Source: Eledone cirrhosa (lineage: Eukaryota). Taken from it: 64,000 bases of DNA. Below are positions 38,094 to 53,268 of the stretch, in pieces. The notes under the pieces are model-generated. The model made no database searches. It was not told the DNA's origin and saw only the letters and a list, made by a program, of their open reading frames with translations. Within the stretch, counting starts at the first letter, position 1, and the number at the start of each line of letters is the position of its first letter. Position numbers and translations under genes: made by a program. The stretch spans positions 92,380,001 through 92,444,000 of the forward strand of contig OZ024743.1 of assembly GCA_964016885.1 (NCBI GenBank), written 5' to 3'.

Positions 38094-39352
38094 TTATTTT
38101 TTTAAAAAGTTAATTTCTTTTCAGAGCTATTTATTTTTTAGTTCGGTGGCCGCTTAGGAAACCGAGCTGCTCTAAACATTTCCCTTTTTCTTTCTTTAGT
38201 TAGTTTGATTTGCAAGCTTTTCTCTCCAGTGTCTGTTAGTTTCAAAATAATTATGCACGCAAACTTTTTCCTTTCTTTCAACTCTACCCTTCGCATACAC
38301 ACTACTGCAAACGTCTTATAGGCTACCGACTGCAAAAACAGAGTTTGTTGATAATTTCAGATATTTCGAACTTTTATTCCGTCCGCCTTCGGAAGTAGTG
38401 AGCCTGCTATATACGCTAGAAAATATTTATTGAACAAAGATTTGACTGCTTTTTCTAGCATGTAAAATGAGGGTCCATTTATACCACTTTCCATCCTAAT
38501 CAGAAACCATCATTTTAACACCGAGATTCAAAGAAAAGCTCCCATCACAACTGCTATCACTTTCGCATTTCCCTCTGAAAATATTAAGTCGAAACGAAAG
38601 AAAGTATTGAGCCAACACTAAGTGTGTCTATCGGTCACATAACGGGTTCCGGAGCCTACCTCTAATAGCTTTTGACACTAGAAAACACACTGGCAACCTT
38701 ACTGCGGATGATAGCGAGTCTAAGAAGCTGATACAACCAAGCACACTCGCAGTCAGCGTCTGATACCTCGGTAAGGCGAGTGACAACTATGACAAAAAGT
38801 TCGTTGTTAGTGGACCAGCTCCTGCAAACGTCTTAGAAGCTACAGGCTGGAAAAACAGAGTTTGTTGATAATTTCCGATGTTTCAAAGTTATATTCCGTC
38901 CGCCTTCGGAAGTAGTGAGCCTGCTATATACTCTAGAAAATATTTATTGAACAAAGATTTGGCTGCTTTTTCTAGCATGTAAAATGAGCACATTTCTTTA
39001 GAGCCGTTCGAATCGAAGATGATGGACATGTGTAATAATTAATTCGGAATGGGTATCGTAGCTAGTTATTTGGCCGAGTTATATAAACAAAAAGAGAACA
39101 TAAGTTTTAAAGACAGCAATATCGACAACTATGCGATACTCTCGTAGTTAATAACGTGTGCTAATTTATAAATTAGATGAGATTTATGTAAAAGTTTATT
39201 AAGCAACCTAAATTGCTTGAAAATACTATGTTCTCTGGTTGAAAGTATGAAAAATGTAAAACAGAAAATTAAAGTATAAAAATTACTGTAAAAGAAAGGT
39301 GTTTAGTGAGTTGTTTTATACAATAAAACTATTAAATTGAGTGTAAGATTTC

Positions 39353-39472
39353 GTTTACGGCCATATCCCGCTGAAAACACCGGTTCTCGTCCGATCACCG
39401 AAGTTAAGCAACGTCGAGCCTAGTTAGTACTTGGATGGGTGACCGCTTGGGAACCCTAGGTGCCGTAAGCGT
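39353..39472 (+). rRNA. RNA5S: 5S rRNA copy 15
   Basis: Array consensus. Confidence 0.95.
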
Positions 39473-40732
39473 TTATTTTTTTAAAAAGTTAATTTCTTTT
39501 CAGAGCTATTTATTTTTTAGTTCGGTGGCCGCTTAGGAAACCGAGCTGCTCTAAACATTTCCCTTTTTCTTTCTTTAGTTAGTTTGATTTGCAAGCTTTT
39601 CTCTCCAGTGTCTGTTAGTTTCAAAATAATTATGCACGCAAACTTTTTCCTTTCTTTCAACTCTACCCTTCGCATACACACTACTGCAAACGTCTTATAG
39701 GCTACCGACTGCAAAAACAGAGTTTGTTGATAATTTCAGATATTTCGAACTTTTATTCCGTCCGCCTTCGGAAGTAGTGAGCCTGCTATATACGCTAGAA
39801 AATATTTATTGAACAAAGATTTGGCTGCTTTTTCTAGCATGTAAAATGAGGGTCCATTTATACCACTTTCCATCCTAATCAGAAACCATCATTTTAACAC
39901 CGAGATTCAAAGAAAAGCTCCCATCACAACTGCTATCACTTTCGCATTTCCCTCTGAAAATATTAAGTCGAAACGAAAGAAAGTATTGAGCCAACACTAA
40001 GTGTGTCTATCGGTCACATAACGGGTTCCGGAGCCTACCTCTAATAGCTTTTGACACTAGAAAACACACTGGCAACCTTACTGCGGATGATAGCGAGTCT
40101 AAGAAGCTGATACAACCAAGCAGACTCGCAGTCAGCGTCTGATACCTCGGTAAGGCGAGTGGCCAACTATGACAAAAAGTTCGTTGTTAGTGGACCAGCT
40201 CCTGCAAACGTCTTAGAAGCTACAGGCTGGAAAAACAGAGTTTGTTGATAATTTCCGATGTTTCAAAGTTATATTCCGTCCGCCTTCGGAAGTAGTGAGC
40301 CTGCTATATACTCTAGAAAATATTTATTGAACAAAGATTTGGCTGCTTTTTCTAGCATGTAAAATGAGCACATTTCTTTAGAGCCGTTCGAATCGAAGAT
40401 GATGGACATGTGTAATAATTAATTCGGAATGGGTATCGTAGCTAGTTATTTGGCCGAGTTATATAAACAAAAAGAGAACATAAGTTTTAAAGACAGCAAT
40501 ATCGACAACTATGCGATACTCTCGTAGTTAATAACGTGTGCTAATTTATAAATTAGATGAGATTTATGCAAAAGTTTATTAAGCAACCTAAATTGCTTGA
40601 AAATACTATGTTCTATGGTTGAAAGTATGAAAAATGTAAAATAGAAAATTAAAGTATAAAAATTACTGTAAAAGAAAGGTGTTTAGTGAGTTGTTTTATA
40701 CAATAAAACTATTAAATTGAGTGTAAGATTTC

Positions 40733-40852
40733 GTTTACGGCCATATCCCGCTGAAAACACTGGTTCTCGTCCGATCACCGAAGTTAAGCAACGTCGAGCC
40801 TAGTTAGTACTTGGATGGGTGACCGCTTGGGAACCCTAGGTGCCGTAAGCGT
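40733..40852 (+). rRNA. RNA5S: 5S rRNA copy 16 (C29T)
   Basis: 5S sequence. Confidence 0.95.
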
Positions 40853-42112
40853 TTATTTTTTTAAAAAGTTAATTTCTTTTCAGAGCTATTTATTTTTTAG
40901 TTCGGTGGCCGCTTAGGAAACCGAGCTGCTCTAAACATTTCCCTTTTTCTTTCTTTAGTTAGTTTGATTTGCAAGCTTTTCTCTCCAGTGTCTGTTAGTT
41001 TCAAAATAATTATGCACGCAAACTTTTTCCTTTCTTTCAACTCTACCCTTCGCATACACACTACTGCAAACGTCTTATAGGCTACCGACTGCAAAAACAG
41101 AGTTTGTTGATAATTTCAGATATTTCGAACTTTTATTCCGTCCGCCTTCGGAAGTAGTGAGCCTGCTATATACGCTAGAAAATATTTATTGAACAAAGAT
41201 TTGGCTGCTTTTTCTAGCATGTAAAATGAGGGTCCATTTATACCACTTTCCATCCTAATCAGAAACCATCATTTTAACACCGAGATTCAAAGAAAAGCTC
41301 CCATCACAACTGCTATCACTTTCGCATTTCCCTCTGAAAATATTAAGTCGAAACGAAAGAAAGTATTGAGCCAACACTAAGTGTGTCTATCGGTCACATA
41401 ACGGGTTCCGGAGCCTACCTCTAATAGCTTTTGACACTAGAAAACACACTGGCAACCTTACTGCGGATGATAGCGAGTCTAAGAAGCTGATACAACCAAG
41501 CAGACTCGCAGTCAGCGTCTGATACCTCGGTAAGGCGAGTGGCCAACTATGACAAAAAGTTCGTTGTTAGTGGACCAGCTCCTGCAAACGTCTTAGAAGC
41601 TACAGGCTGGAAAAACAGAGTTTGTTGATAATTTCCGATGTTTCAAAGTTATATTCCGTCCGACTTCGGAAGTAGTGAGCCTGCTATATACTCTAGAAAA
41701 TATTTATTGAACAAAGATTTGGCTGCTTTTTCTAGCATGTAAAATGAGCACATTTCTTTAGAGCCGTTCGAATCGAAGATGATGGACATGTGTAATAATT
41801 AATTCGGAATGGGTATCGTAGCTAGTTATTTGGCCGAGTTATATAAACAAAAAGAGAACATAAGTTTTAAAGACAGCAATATCGACAACTATGCGATACT
41901 CTCGTAGTTAATAACGTGTGCTAATTTATAAATTAGATGAGATTTATGCAAAAGTTTATTAAGCAACCTAAATTGCTTGAAAATACTATGTTCTATGGTT
42001 GAAAGTATGAAAAATGTAAAATAGAAAATTAAAGTATAAAAATTACTGTAAAAGAAAGGTGTTTAGTGAGTTGTTTTATACAATAAAACTATTAAATTGA
42101 GTGTAAGATTTC

Positions 42113-42232
42113 GTTTACGGCCATATCCCGCTGAAAACACCGGTTCTCGTCCGATCACCGAAGTTAAGCAACGTCGAGCCTAGTTAGTACTTGGATGGGT
42201 GACCGCTTGGGAACCCTAGGTGCCGTAAGCGT
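42113..42232 (+). rRNA. RNA5S: 5S rRNA copy 17
   Basis: Array consensus. Confidence 0.95.
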
Positions 42233-43491
42233 TTATTTTTTTAAAAAATTAATTTCTTTTCAGAGCTGTTTATTTTTTACTTGGGTGAGCGCTTAGGAAA
42301 CCGAGCTGCTGTAAACATTTCCCTTTTTCTTTCTTTAGTTAGTTTGATTTGCAAGCTTTTCTCTCCAGTGTCTGTTAGTTTCAAAATAATTATGCACGCA
42401 AACTTTTTCCTTTCTTTCAACTCTACCCTTCGCATACACACTACTGCAAACGTCTTATAGGCTACCGACTGCAAAAACAGAGTTTGTTGATAATTTCAGA
42501 TATTTCGAACTTTTATTCCGTCCGCCTTCGGAAGTAGTGAGCCTGCTATATACGCTAGAAAATATTTATTGAACAAAGATTTGGCTGCTTTTTCTAGCAT
42601 GTAAAATGAGGGTCCATTTATACCACTTTCCATCCTAATCAGAAACCATCATTTTAACACCGAGATTCAAAGAAAAGCTCCCATCACAACTGCTATCACT
42701 TTCGCATTTCCCTCTGAAAATATTAAGTCGAAACGAAAGAAAGTATTGAGCCAACACTAAGTGTGTCTATCGGTCACATAACGGGTTCCGGAGTCTACCT
42801 CTAATAGCTTTTGACACTAGAAAACACACTGGCAACCTTACTGCGGATGATAGCGAGTCTAAGAAGCTGATACAACCAAGCACACTCGCAGTCAGCGTCT
42901 GATACCTCGGTAAGGCGAGTGACAACTATGACAAAAAGTTCGTTGTTAGTGGACCAGCTCCTGCAAACGTCTTAGAAGCTACAGGCTGGAAAAACAGAGT
43001 TTGTTGATAATTTCCGATGTTTCAAAGTTATATTCCGTCCGCCTTCGGAAGTAGTGAGCCTGCTATATACTCTAGAAAATATTTATTGAACAAAGATTTG
43101 GCTGCTTTTTCTAGCATGTAAAATGAGCACATTTCTTTAGAGCCGTTCGAATCGAAGATGATGGACATGTGTAATAATTAATTCGGAATGGGTATCGTAG
43201 CTAGTTATTTGGCCGAGTTATATAAACAAAAAGAGAACATAAGTTTTAAAGACAGCAATATCGACAACTATGCAATACTCTCGTAGTTAATAACGTGTGC
43301 TAATTTATAAATTAGATGAGATTTATGTAAAAGTTTATTAAGCAACCTAAATTGCTTGAAAATACTATGTTCTATGGTTGAAAGTATGAAAAATGTAAAA
43401 CAGAAAATTAAAGTATAAAAATTACTGTAAAAGAAAGGTGTTTAGTGAGTTGTTTTATACAATAAAACTATTAAATTGAGTGTAAGCTTTC

Positions 43492-43611
43492 GTTTACGGC
43501 CATATCCCGCTGAAAACACCGGTTCTCGTCCGATCACCGAAGTTAAGCAACGTCGAGCCTAGTTAGTACTTGGATGGGTGACCGCTTGGGAACCCTAGGT
43601 GCCGTAAGCGT
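43492..43611 (+). rRNA. RNA5S: 5S rRNA copy 18
   Basis: Array consensus. Confidence 0.95.
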
Positions 43612-44871
43612 TTATTTTTTTAAAAAGTTAATTTCTTTTCAGAGCTATTTATTTTTTAGTTCGGTGGCCGCTTAGGAAACCGAGCTGCTGTAAACATTTC
43701 CCTTTTTCTTTCTTTAGTTAGTTTGATTTGCAAGCTTTTCTCTCCAGTGTCTGTTAGTTTCAAAATAATTATGCACGCAAACTTTTTCCTTTCTTTCAAC
43801 TCTACCCTTCGCATACACACTACTGCAAACGTCTTATAGGCTACCGACTGCAAAAACAGAGTTTGTTGATAATTTCAGATATTTCGAACTTTTATTCCGT
43901 CCGCCTTCGGAAGTAGTGAGCCTGCTATATACGCTAGAAAATATTTATTGAACAAAGATTTGGCTGCTTTTTCTAGCATGTAAAATGAGGGTCCATTTAT
44001 ACCACTTTCCATCCTAATCAGAAACCATCATTTTAACACCGAGATTCAAAGAAAAGCTCCCATCACAGCTGCTATCACTTTCGCATTTCCCTCTGAAAAT
44101 ATTAAGTCGAAACGAAAGAAAGTATTGAGCCAACACTAAGTGTGTCTATCGGTCACATAACGGGTTCCGGAGCCTACCTCTAATAGCTTTTGACACTAGA
44201 AAACACACTGGCAACCTTACTGCGGATGATAGCGAGTCTAAGAAGCTGATACAACCAAGCAGACTCGCAGTCAGCGTCTGATACCTCGGTAAGGCGAGTG
44301 GCCAACTATGACAAAAAGTTCGTTGTTAGTGGACCAGCTCCTGCAAACGTCTTAGAAGCTACAGGCTGGACAAACAGAGTTTGTTGATAATTTCCGATGT
44401 TTCAAAGTTATATTCCGTCCGCCTTCGGAAGTAGTGAGCCTGCTATATACTCTAGAAAATATTTATTGAACAAAGATTTGGCTGCTTTTTCTAGCATGTA
44501 AAATGAGCACATTTCTTTAGAGCCGTTCGAATCGAAGATGATGGACATGTGTAATAATTAATTCGGAATGGGTATCGTAGCTAGTTATTTGGCCGAGTTA
44601 TATAAACAAAAAGAGAACATAAGTTTTAAAGACAGCAATATCGACAACTATGCGATACTCTCGTAGTTAATAACGTGTGCTAATTTAAAAGTTAGATGAG
44701 ATTTATGCAAAAGTTTATTAAGCAACCTAAATTGCTTGAAAATACTATGTTCTATGGTTGAAAGTATGAAAAATGTAAAATAGAAAATTAAAGTATAAAA
44801 ATTACTGTAAAAGAAAGGTGTTTAGTGAGTTGTTTTATACAATAAAACTATTAAATTGAGTGTAAGCTTTC

Positions 44872-44991
44872 GTTTACGGCCATATCCCGCTGAAAACACC
44901 GGTTCTCGTCCGATCACCGAAGTTAAGCAACGTCGAGCCTAGTTAGTACTTGGATGGGTGACCGCTTGGGAACCCTAGGTGCCGTAAGCGT
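44872..44991 (+). rRNA. RNA5S: 5S rRNA copy 19
   Basis: Array consensus. Confidence 0.95.
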
Positions 44992-46250
44992 TTATTTTTT
45001 TAAAAAGTTAATTTCTTTTCAGAGCTGTTTATTTTTTACTTGGGTGAGCGCTTAGGAAACCGAGCTGCTGTAAACATTTCCCTTTTTCTTTCTTTAGTTA
45101 GTTTGATTTGCAAGCTTTTCTCTCCAGTGTCTGTTAGTTTCAAAATAATTATGCACGCAAACTTTTTCCTTTCTTTCAACTCTACCCTTCGCATACACAC
45201 TACTGCAAACGTCTTATAGGCTACCGACTGCAAAAACAGAGTTTGTTGATAATTTCAGATATTTCGAACTTTTATTCCGTCCGCCTTCGGAAGTAGTGAG
45301 CCTGCTATATACGCTAGAAAATATTTATTGAACAAAGATTTGGCTGCTTTTTCTAGCATGTAAAATGAGGGTCCATTTATACCACTTTCCATCCTAATCA
45401 GAAACCATCATTTTAACACCGAGATTCAAAGAAAAGCTCCCATCACAACTGCTATCACTTTCGCATTTCCCTCTGAAAATATTAAGTCGAAACGAAAGAA
45501 AGTATTGAGCCAACACTAAGTGTGTCTATCGGTCACATAACGGGTTCCGGAGCCTACCTCTAATAGCTTTTGACACTAGAAAACACACTGGCAACCTTAC
45601 TGCGGATGATAGCGAGTCTAAGAAGCTGATACAACCAAGCACACTCGCAGTCAGCGTCTGATACCTCGGTAAGGCGAGTGACAACTATGACAAAAAGTTC
45701 GTTGTTAGTGGACCAGCTCCTGCAAACGTCTTAGAAGCTACAGGCTGGAAAAACAGAGTTTGTTGATAATTTCCGATGTTTCAAAGTTATATTCCGTCCG
45801 CTTTCGGAAGTAGTGAGCCTGCTATATACTCTAGAAAATATTTATTGAACAAAGATTTGGCTGCTTTTTCTAGCATGTAAAATGAGCACATTTCTTTAGA
45901 GCCGTTCGAATCGAAGATGATGGACATGTGTAATAATTAATTCGGAATGGGTATCGTAGCTAGTTATTTGGCCGAGTTATATAAACAAAAAGAGAACATA
46001 AGTTTTAAAGACAGCAATATCGACAACTATGCGATACTCTCGTAGTTAATAACGTGTGCTAATTTATAAATTAGATGAGATTTATGTAAAAGTTTATTAA
46101 GCAACCTAAATTGCTTGAAAATACTATGTTCTATGGTTGAAAGTATGAAAAATGTAAAACAGAAAATTAAAGTATAAAAATTACTGTAAAAGAAAGGTGT
46201 TTAGTGAGTTGTTTTATACAATAAAACTATTAAATTGAGTGTAAGCTTTC

Positions 46251-46370
46251 GTTTACGGCCATATCCCGCTGAAAACACCGGTTCTCCTCCGATCACCGAA
46301 GTTAAGCAACGTCGAGCCTAGTTAGTACTTGGATGGGTGACCGCTTGGGAACCCTAGGTGCCGTAAGCGT
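46251..46370 (+). rRNA. RNA5S: 5S rRNA copy 20 (G37C)
   Basis: 5S sequence. Confidence 0.95.
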
Positions 46371-47630
46371 TTATTTTTTTAAAAAGTTAATTTCTTTTCA
46401 GAGCTATTTATTTTTTAGTTCGGTGGCCGCTTAGGAAACCGAGCTGCTGTAAACATTTCCCTTTTTCTTTCTTTAGTTAGTTTGATTTGCAAGCTTTTCT
46501 CTCCAGTGTCTGTTAGTTTCAAAATAATTATGCACGCAAACTTTTTCCTTTCTTTCAACTCTACCCTTCGCATACACACTACTGCAAACGTCTTATAGGC
46601 TACCGACTGCAAAAACAGAGTTTGTTGATAATTTCAGATATTTCGAACTTTTATTCCGTCCGCCTTCGGAAGTAGTGAGCCTGCTATATACGCTAGAAAA
46701 TATTTATTGAACAAAGATTTGGCTGCTTTTTCTAGCATGTAAAATGAGGGTCCATTTATACCACTTTCCATCCTAATCAGAAACCATCATTTTAACACCG
46801 AGATTCAAAGAAAAGCTCCCATCACAACTGCTATCACTTTCGCATTTCCCTCTGAAAATATTAAGTCGAAACGAAAGAAAGTATTGAGCCAACACTAAGT
46901 GTGTCTATCGGTCACATAACGGGTTCCGGAGCCTACCTCTAATAGCTTTTGACACTAGAAAACACACTGGCAACCTTACTGCGGATGATAGCGAGTCTAA
47001 GAAGCTGATACAACCAAGCACACTCGCAGTCAGCGTCTGATACCTCGGTAAGGCGAGTGGCCAACTATGACAAAAAGTTCGTTGTTAGTGGACCAGCTCC
47101 TGCAAACGTCTTAGAAGCTACAGGCTGGAAAAACAGAGTTTGTTGATAATTTCCGATGTTTCAAAGTTATATTCCGTCCGCCTTCGGAAGTAGTGAGCCT
47201 GCTATATACTCTAGAAAATATTTATTGAACAAAGATTTGGCTGCTTTTTCTAGCATGTAAAATGAGCACATTTCTTTAGAGCCGTTCGAATCGAAGATGA
47301 TGGACATGTGTAATAATTAATTCGGAATGGGTATCGTAGCTAGTTATTTGGCCGAGTTATATAAACAAAAAGAGAACATAAGTTTTAAAGACAGCAATAT
47401 CGACAACTATGCGATACTCTCGTAGTTAATAACGTGTGCTAATTTATAAATTAGATGAGATTTATGTAAAAGTTTATTAAGCAACCTAAATTGCTTGAAA
47501 ATACTATGTTCTATGGTTGAAAGTATGAAAAATGTAAAACAGAAAATTAAAGTATAAAAATTACTGTAAAAGAAAGGTGTTTAGTGAGTTGTTTTATACA
47601 ATAAAACTATTAAATTAAGTGTAAGCTTTC

Positions 47631-47750
47631 GTTTACGGCCATATCCCGCTGAAAACACCGGTTCTCGTCCGATCACCGAAGTTAAGCAACGTCGAGCCTA
47701 GTTAGTACTTGGATGGGTGACCGCTTGGGAACCCTAGGTGCCGTAAGCGT
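47631..47750 (+). rRNA. RNA5S: 5S rRNA copy 21
   Basis: Array consensus. Confidence 0.95.
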
Positions 47751-49009
47751 TTATTTTTTTAAAAAATTAATTTCTTTTCAGAGCTGTTTATTTTTTACTT
47801 GGGTGAGCGCTTAGGAAACCGAGCTGCTGTAAACATTTCCCTTTTTCTTTCTTTAGTTAGTTTGATTTGCAAGCTTTTCTCTCCAGTGTCTGTTAGTTTC
47901 AAAATAATTATGCACGCAAACTTTTTCCTTTCTTTCAACTCTACCCTTCGCATACACACTACTGCAAACGTCTTATAGGCTACCGACTGCAAAAACAGAG
48001 TTTGTTGATAATTTCAGATATTTCGAACTTTTATTCCGTCCGCCTTCGGAAGTAGTGAGCCTGCTATATACGCTAGAAAATATTTATTGAACAAAGATTT
48101 GGCTGCTTTTTCTAGCATGTAAAATGAGGGTCCATTTATACCACTTTCCATCCTAATCAGAAACCATCATTTTAACACCGAGATTCAAAGAAAAGCTCCC
48201 ATCACAACTGCTATCACTTTCGCATTTCCCTCTGAAAATATTAAGTCGAAACGAAAGAAAGTATTGAGCCAACACTAAGTGTGTCTATCGGTCACATAAC
48301 GGGTTCCGGAGCCTACCTCTAATAGCTTTTGACACTAGAAAACACACTGGCAACCTTACTGCGGATGATAGCGAGTCTAAGAAGCTGATACAACCAAGCA
48401 CACTCGCAGTCAGCGTCTGATACCTCGGTAAGGCGAGTGACAACTATGACAAAAAGTTCGTTGTTAGTGGACCAGCTCCTGCAAACGTCTTAGAAGCTAC
48501 AGGCTGGAAAAACAGAGTTTGTTGATAATTTCCGATGTTTCAAAGTTATATTCCGTCCGCTTTCGGAAGTAGTGAGCCTGCTATATACTCTAGAAAATAT
48601 TTATTGAACAAAGATTTGGCTGCTTTTTCTAGCATGTAAAATGAGCACATTTCTTTAGAGCCGTTCGAATCGAAGATGATGGACATGTGTAATAATTAAT
48701 TCGGAATGGGTATCGTAGCTAGTTATTTGGCCGAGTTATATAAACAAAAAGAGAACATAAGTTTTAAAGACAGCAATATCGACAACTATGCGATACTCTC
48801 GTAGTTAATAACGTGTGCTAATTTATAAATTAGATGAGATTTATGTAAAAGTTTATTAAGCAACCTAAATTGCTTGAAAATACTATGTTCTATGGTTGAA
48901 AGTATGAAAAATGTAAAACAGAAAATTAAAGTATAAAAATTACTGTAAAAGAAAGGTGTTTAGTGAGTTGTTTTATACAATAAAACTATTAAATTGAGTG
49001 TAAGCTTTC

Positions 49010-49129
49010 GTTTACGGCCATATCCCGCTGAAAACACCGGTTCTCCTCCGATCACCGAAGTTAAGCAACGTCGAGCCTAGTTAGTACTTGGATGGGTGAC
49101 CGCTTGGGAACCCTAGGTGCCGTAAGCGT
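49010..49129 (+). rRNA. RNA5S: 5S rRNA copy 22 (G37C)
   Basis: 5S sequence. Confidence 0.95.
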
Positions 49130-50389
49130 TTATTTTTTTAAAAAGTTAATTTCTTTTCAGAGCTATTTATTTTTTAGTTCGGTGGCCGCTTAGGAAACCG
49201 AGCTGCTGTAAACATTTCCCTTTTTCTTTCTTTAGTTAGTTTGATTTGCAAGCTTTTCTCTCCAGTGTCTGTTAGTTTCAAAATAATTATGCACGCAAAC
49301 TTTTTCCTTTCTTTCAACTCTACCCTTCGCATACACACTACTGCAAACGTCTTATAGGCTACCGACTGCAAAAACAGAGTTTGTTGATAATTTCAGATAT
49401 TTCGAACTTTTATTCCGTCCGCCTTCGGAAGTAGTGAGCCTGCTATATACGCTAGAAAATATTTATTGAACAAAGATTTGGCTGCTTTTTCTAGCATGTA
49501 AAATGAGGGTCCATTTATACCACTTTCCATCCTAATCAGAAACCATCATTTTAACACCGAGATTCAAAGAAAAGCTCCCATCACAACTGCTATCACTTTC
49601 GCATTTCCCTCTGAAAATATTAAGTCGAAACGAAAGAAAGTATTGAGCCAACACTAAGTGTGTCTATCGGTCACATAACGGGTTCCGGAGCCTACCTCTA
49701 ATAGCTTTTGACACTAGAAAACACACTGGCAACCTTACTGCGGATGATAGCGAGTCTAAGAAGCTGATACAACCAAGCACACTCGCAGTCAGCGTCTGAT
49801 ACCTCGGTAAGGCGAGTGGCCAACTATGACAAAAAGTTCGTTGTTAGTGGACCAGCTCCTGCAAACGTCTTAGAAGCTACAGGCTGGAAAAACAGAGTTT
49901 GTTGATAATTTCCGATGTTTCAAAGTTATATTCCGTCCGCCTTCGGAAGTAGTGAGCCTGCTATATACTCTAGAAAATATTTATTGAACAAAGATTTGGC
50001 TGCTTTTTCTAGCATGTAAAATGAGCACATTTCTTTAGAGCCGTTCGAATCGAAGATGATGGACATGTGTAATAATTAATTCGGAATGGGTATCGTAGCT
50101 AGTTATTTGGCCGAGTTATATAAACAAAAAGAGAACATAAGTTTTAAAGACAGCAATATCGACAACTATGCGATACTCTCGTAGTTAATAACGTGTGCTA
50201 ATTTATAAATTAGATGAGATTTATGTAAAAGTTTATTAAGCAACCTAAATTGCTTGAAAATACTATGTTCTATGGTTGAAAGTATGAAAAATGTAAAACA
50301 GAAAATTAAAGTATAAAAATTACTGTAAAAGAAAGGTGTTTAGTGAGTTGTTTTATACAATAAAACTATTAAATTAAGTGTAAGCTTTC

Positions 50390-50509
50390 GTTTACGGCCA
50401 TATCCCGCTGAAAACACCGGTTCTCGTCCGATCACCGAAGTTAAGCAACGTCGAGCCTAGTTAGTACTTGGATGGGTGACCGCTTGGGAACCCTAGGTGC
50501 CGTAAGCGT
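50390..50509 (+). rRNA. RNA5S: 5S rRNA copy 23
   Basis: Array consensus. Confidence 0.95.
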
Positions 50510-51768
50510 TTATTTTTTTAAAAAATTAATTTCTTTTCAGAGCTGTTTATTTTTTACTTGGGTGAGCGCTTAGGAAACCGAGCTGCTGTAAACATTTCCC
50601 TTTTTCTTTCTTTAGTTAGTTTGATTTGCAAGCTTTTCTCTCCAGTGTCTGTTAGTTTCAAAATAATTATGCACGCAAACTTTTTCCTTTCTTTCAACTC
50701 TACCCTTCGCATACACACTACTGCAAACGTCTTATAGGCTACCGACTGCAAAAACAGAGTTTGTTGATAATTTCAGATATTTCGAACTTTTATTCCGTCC
50801 GCCTTCGGAAGTAGTGAGCCTGCTATATACGCTAGAAAATATTTATTGAACAAAGATTTGGCTGCTTTTTCTAGCATGTAAAATGAGGGTCCATTTATAC
50901 CACTTTCCATCCTAATCAGAAACCATCATTTTAACACCGAGATTCAAAGAAAAGCTCCCATCACAACTGCTATCACTTTCGCATTTCCCTCTGAAAATAT
51001 TAAGTCGAAACGAAAGAAAGTATTGAGCCAACACTAAGTGTGTCTATCGGTCACATAACGGGTTCCGGAGCCTACCTCTAATAGCTTTTGACACTAGAAA
51101 ACACACTGGCAACCTTACTGCGGATGATAGCGAGTCTAAGAAGCTGATACAACCAAGCACACTCGCAGTCAGCGTCTGATACCTCGGTAAGGCGAGTGAC
51201 AACTATGACAAAAAGTTCGTTGTTAGTGGACCAGCTCCTGCAAACGTCTTAGAAGCTACAGGCTGGAAAAACAGAGTTTGTTGATAATTTCCGATGTTTC
51301 AAAGTTATATTCCGTCCGCTTTCGGAAGTAGTGAGCCTGCTATATACTCTAGAAAATATTTATTGAACAAAGATTTGGCTGCTTTTTCTAGCATGTAAAA
51401 TGAGCACATTTCTTTAGAGCCGTTCGAATCGAAGATGATGGACATGTGTAATAATTAATTCGGAATGGGTATCGTAGCTAGTTATTTGGCCGAGTTATAT
51501 AAACAAAAAGAGAACATAAGTTTTAAAGACAGCAATATCGACAACTATGCGATACTCTCGTAGTTAATAACGTGTGCTAATTTATAAATTAGATGAGATT
51601 TATGTAAAAGTTTATTAAGCAACCTAAATTGCTTGAAAATACTATGTTCTATGGTTGAAAGTATGAAAAATGTAAAACAGAAAATTAAAGTATAAAAATT
51701 ACTGTAAAAGAAAGGTGTTTAGTGAGTTGTTTTATACAATAAAACTATTAAATTGAGTGTAAGCTTTC

Positions 51769-51888
51769 GTTTACGGCCATATCCCGCTGAAAACACCGGT
51801 TCTCCTCCGATCACCGAAGTTAAGCAACGTCGAGCCTAGTTAGTACTTGGATGGGTGACCGCTTGGGAACCCTAGGTGCCGTAAGCGT
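51769..51888 (+). rRNA. RNA5S: 5S rRNA copy 24 (G37C)
   Basis: 5S sequence. Confidence 0.95.
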
Positions 51889-53148
51889 TTATTTTTTTAA
51901 AAAGTTAATTTCTTTTCAGAGCTATTTATTTTTTAGTTCGGTGGCCGCTTAGGAAACCGAGCTGCTGTAAACATTTCCCTTTTTCTTTCTTTAGTTAGTT
52001 TGATTTGCAAGCTTTTCTCTCCAGTGTCTGTTAGTTTCAAAATAATTATGCACGCAAACTTTTTCCTTTCTTTCAACTCTACCCTTCGCATACACACTAC
52101 TGCAAACGTCTTATAGGCTACCGACTGCAAAAACAGAGTTTGTTGATAATTTCAGATATTTCGAACTTTTATTCCGTCCGCCTTCGGAAGTAGTGAGCCT
52201 GCTATATACGCTAGAAAATATTTATTGAACAAAGATTTGGCTGCTTTTTCTAGCATGTAAAATGAGGGTCCATTTATACCACTTTCCATCCTAATCAGAA
52301 ACCATCATTTTAACACCGAGATTCAAAGAAAAGCTCCCATCACAACTGCTATCACTTTCGCATTTCCCTCTGAAAATATTAAGTCGAAACGAAAGAAAGT
52401 ATTGAGCCAACACTAAGTGTGTCTATCGGTCACATAACGGGTTCCGGAGCCTACCTCTAATAGCTTTTGACACTAGAAAACACACTGGCAACCTTACTGC
52501 GGATGATAGCGAGTCTAAGAAGCTGATACAACCAAGCACACTCGCAGTCAGCGTCTGATACCTCGGTAAGGCGAGTGGCCAACTATGACAAAAAGTTCGT
52601 TGTTAGTGGACCAGCTCCTGCAAACGTCTTAGAAGCTACAGGCTGGAAAAACAGAGTTTGTTGATAATTTCCGATGTTTCAAAGTTATATTCCGTCCGCC
52701 TTCGGAAGTAGTGAGCCTGCTATATACTCTAGAAAATATTTATTGAACAAAGATTTGGCTGCTTTTTCTAGCATGTAAAATGAGCACATTTCTTTAGAGC
52801 CGTTCGAATCGAAGATGATGGACATGTGTAATAATTAATTCGGAATGGGTATCGTAGCTAGTTATTTGGCCGAGTTATATAAACAAAAAGAGAACATAAG
52901 TTTTAAAGACAGCAATATCGACAACTATGCGATACTCTCGTAGTTAATAACGTGTGCTAATTTATAAATTAGATGAGATTTATGTAAAAGTTTATTAAGC
53001 AACCTAAATTGCTTGAAAATACTATGTTCTATGGTTGAAAGTATGAAAAATGTAAAACAGAAAATTAAAGTATAAAAATTACTGTAAAAGAAAGGTGTTT
53101 AGTGAGTTGTTTTATACAATAAAACTATTAAATTAAGTGTAAGCTTTC

Positions 53149-53268
53149 GTTTACGGCCATATCCCGCTGAAAACACCGGTTCTCGTCCGATCACCGAAGT
53201 TAAGCAACGTCGAGCCTAGTTAGTACTTGGATGGGTGACCGCTTGGGAACCCTAGGTGCCGTAAGCGT
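53149..53268 (+). rRNA. RNA5S: 5S rRNA copy 25
   Basis: Array consensus. Confidence 0.95.
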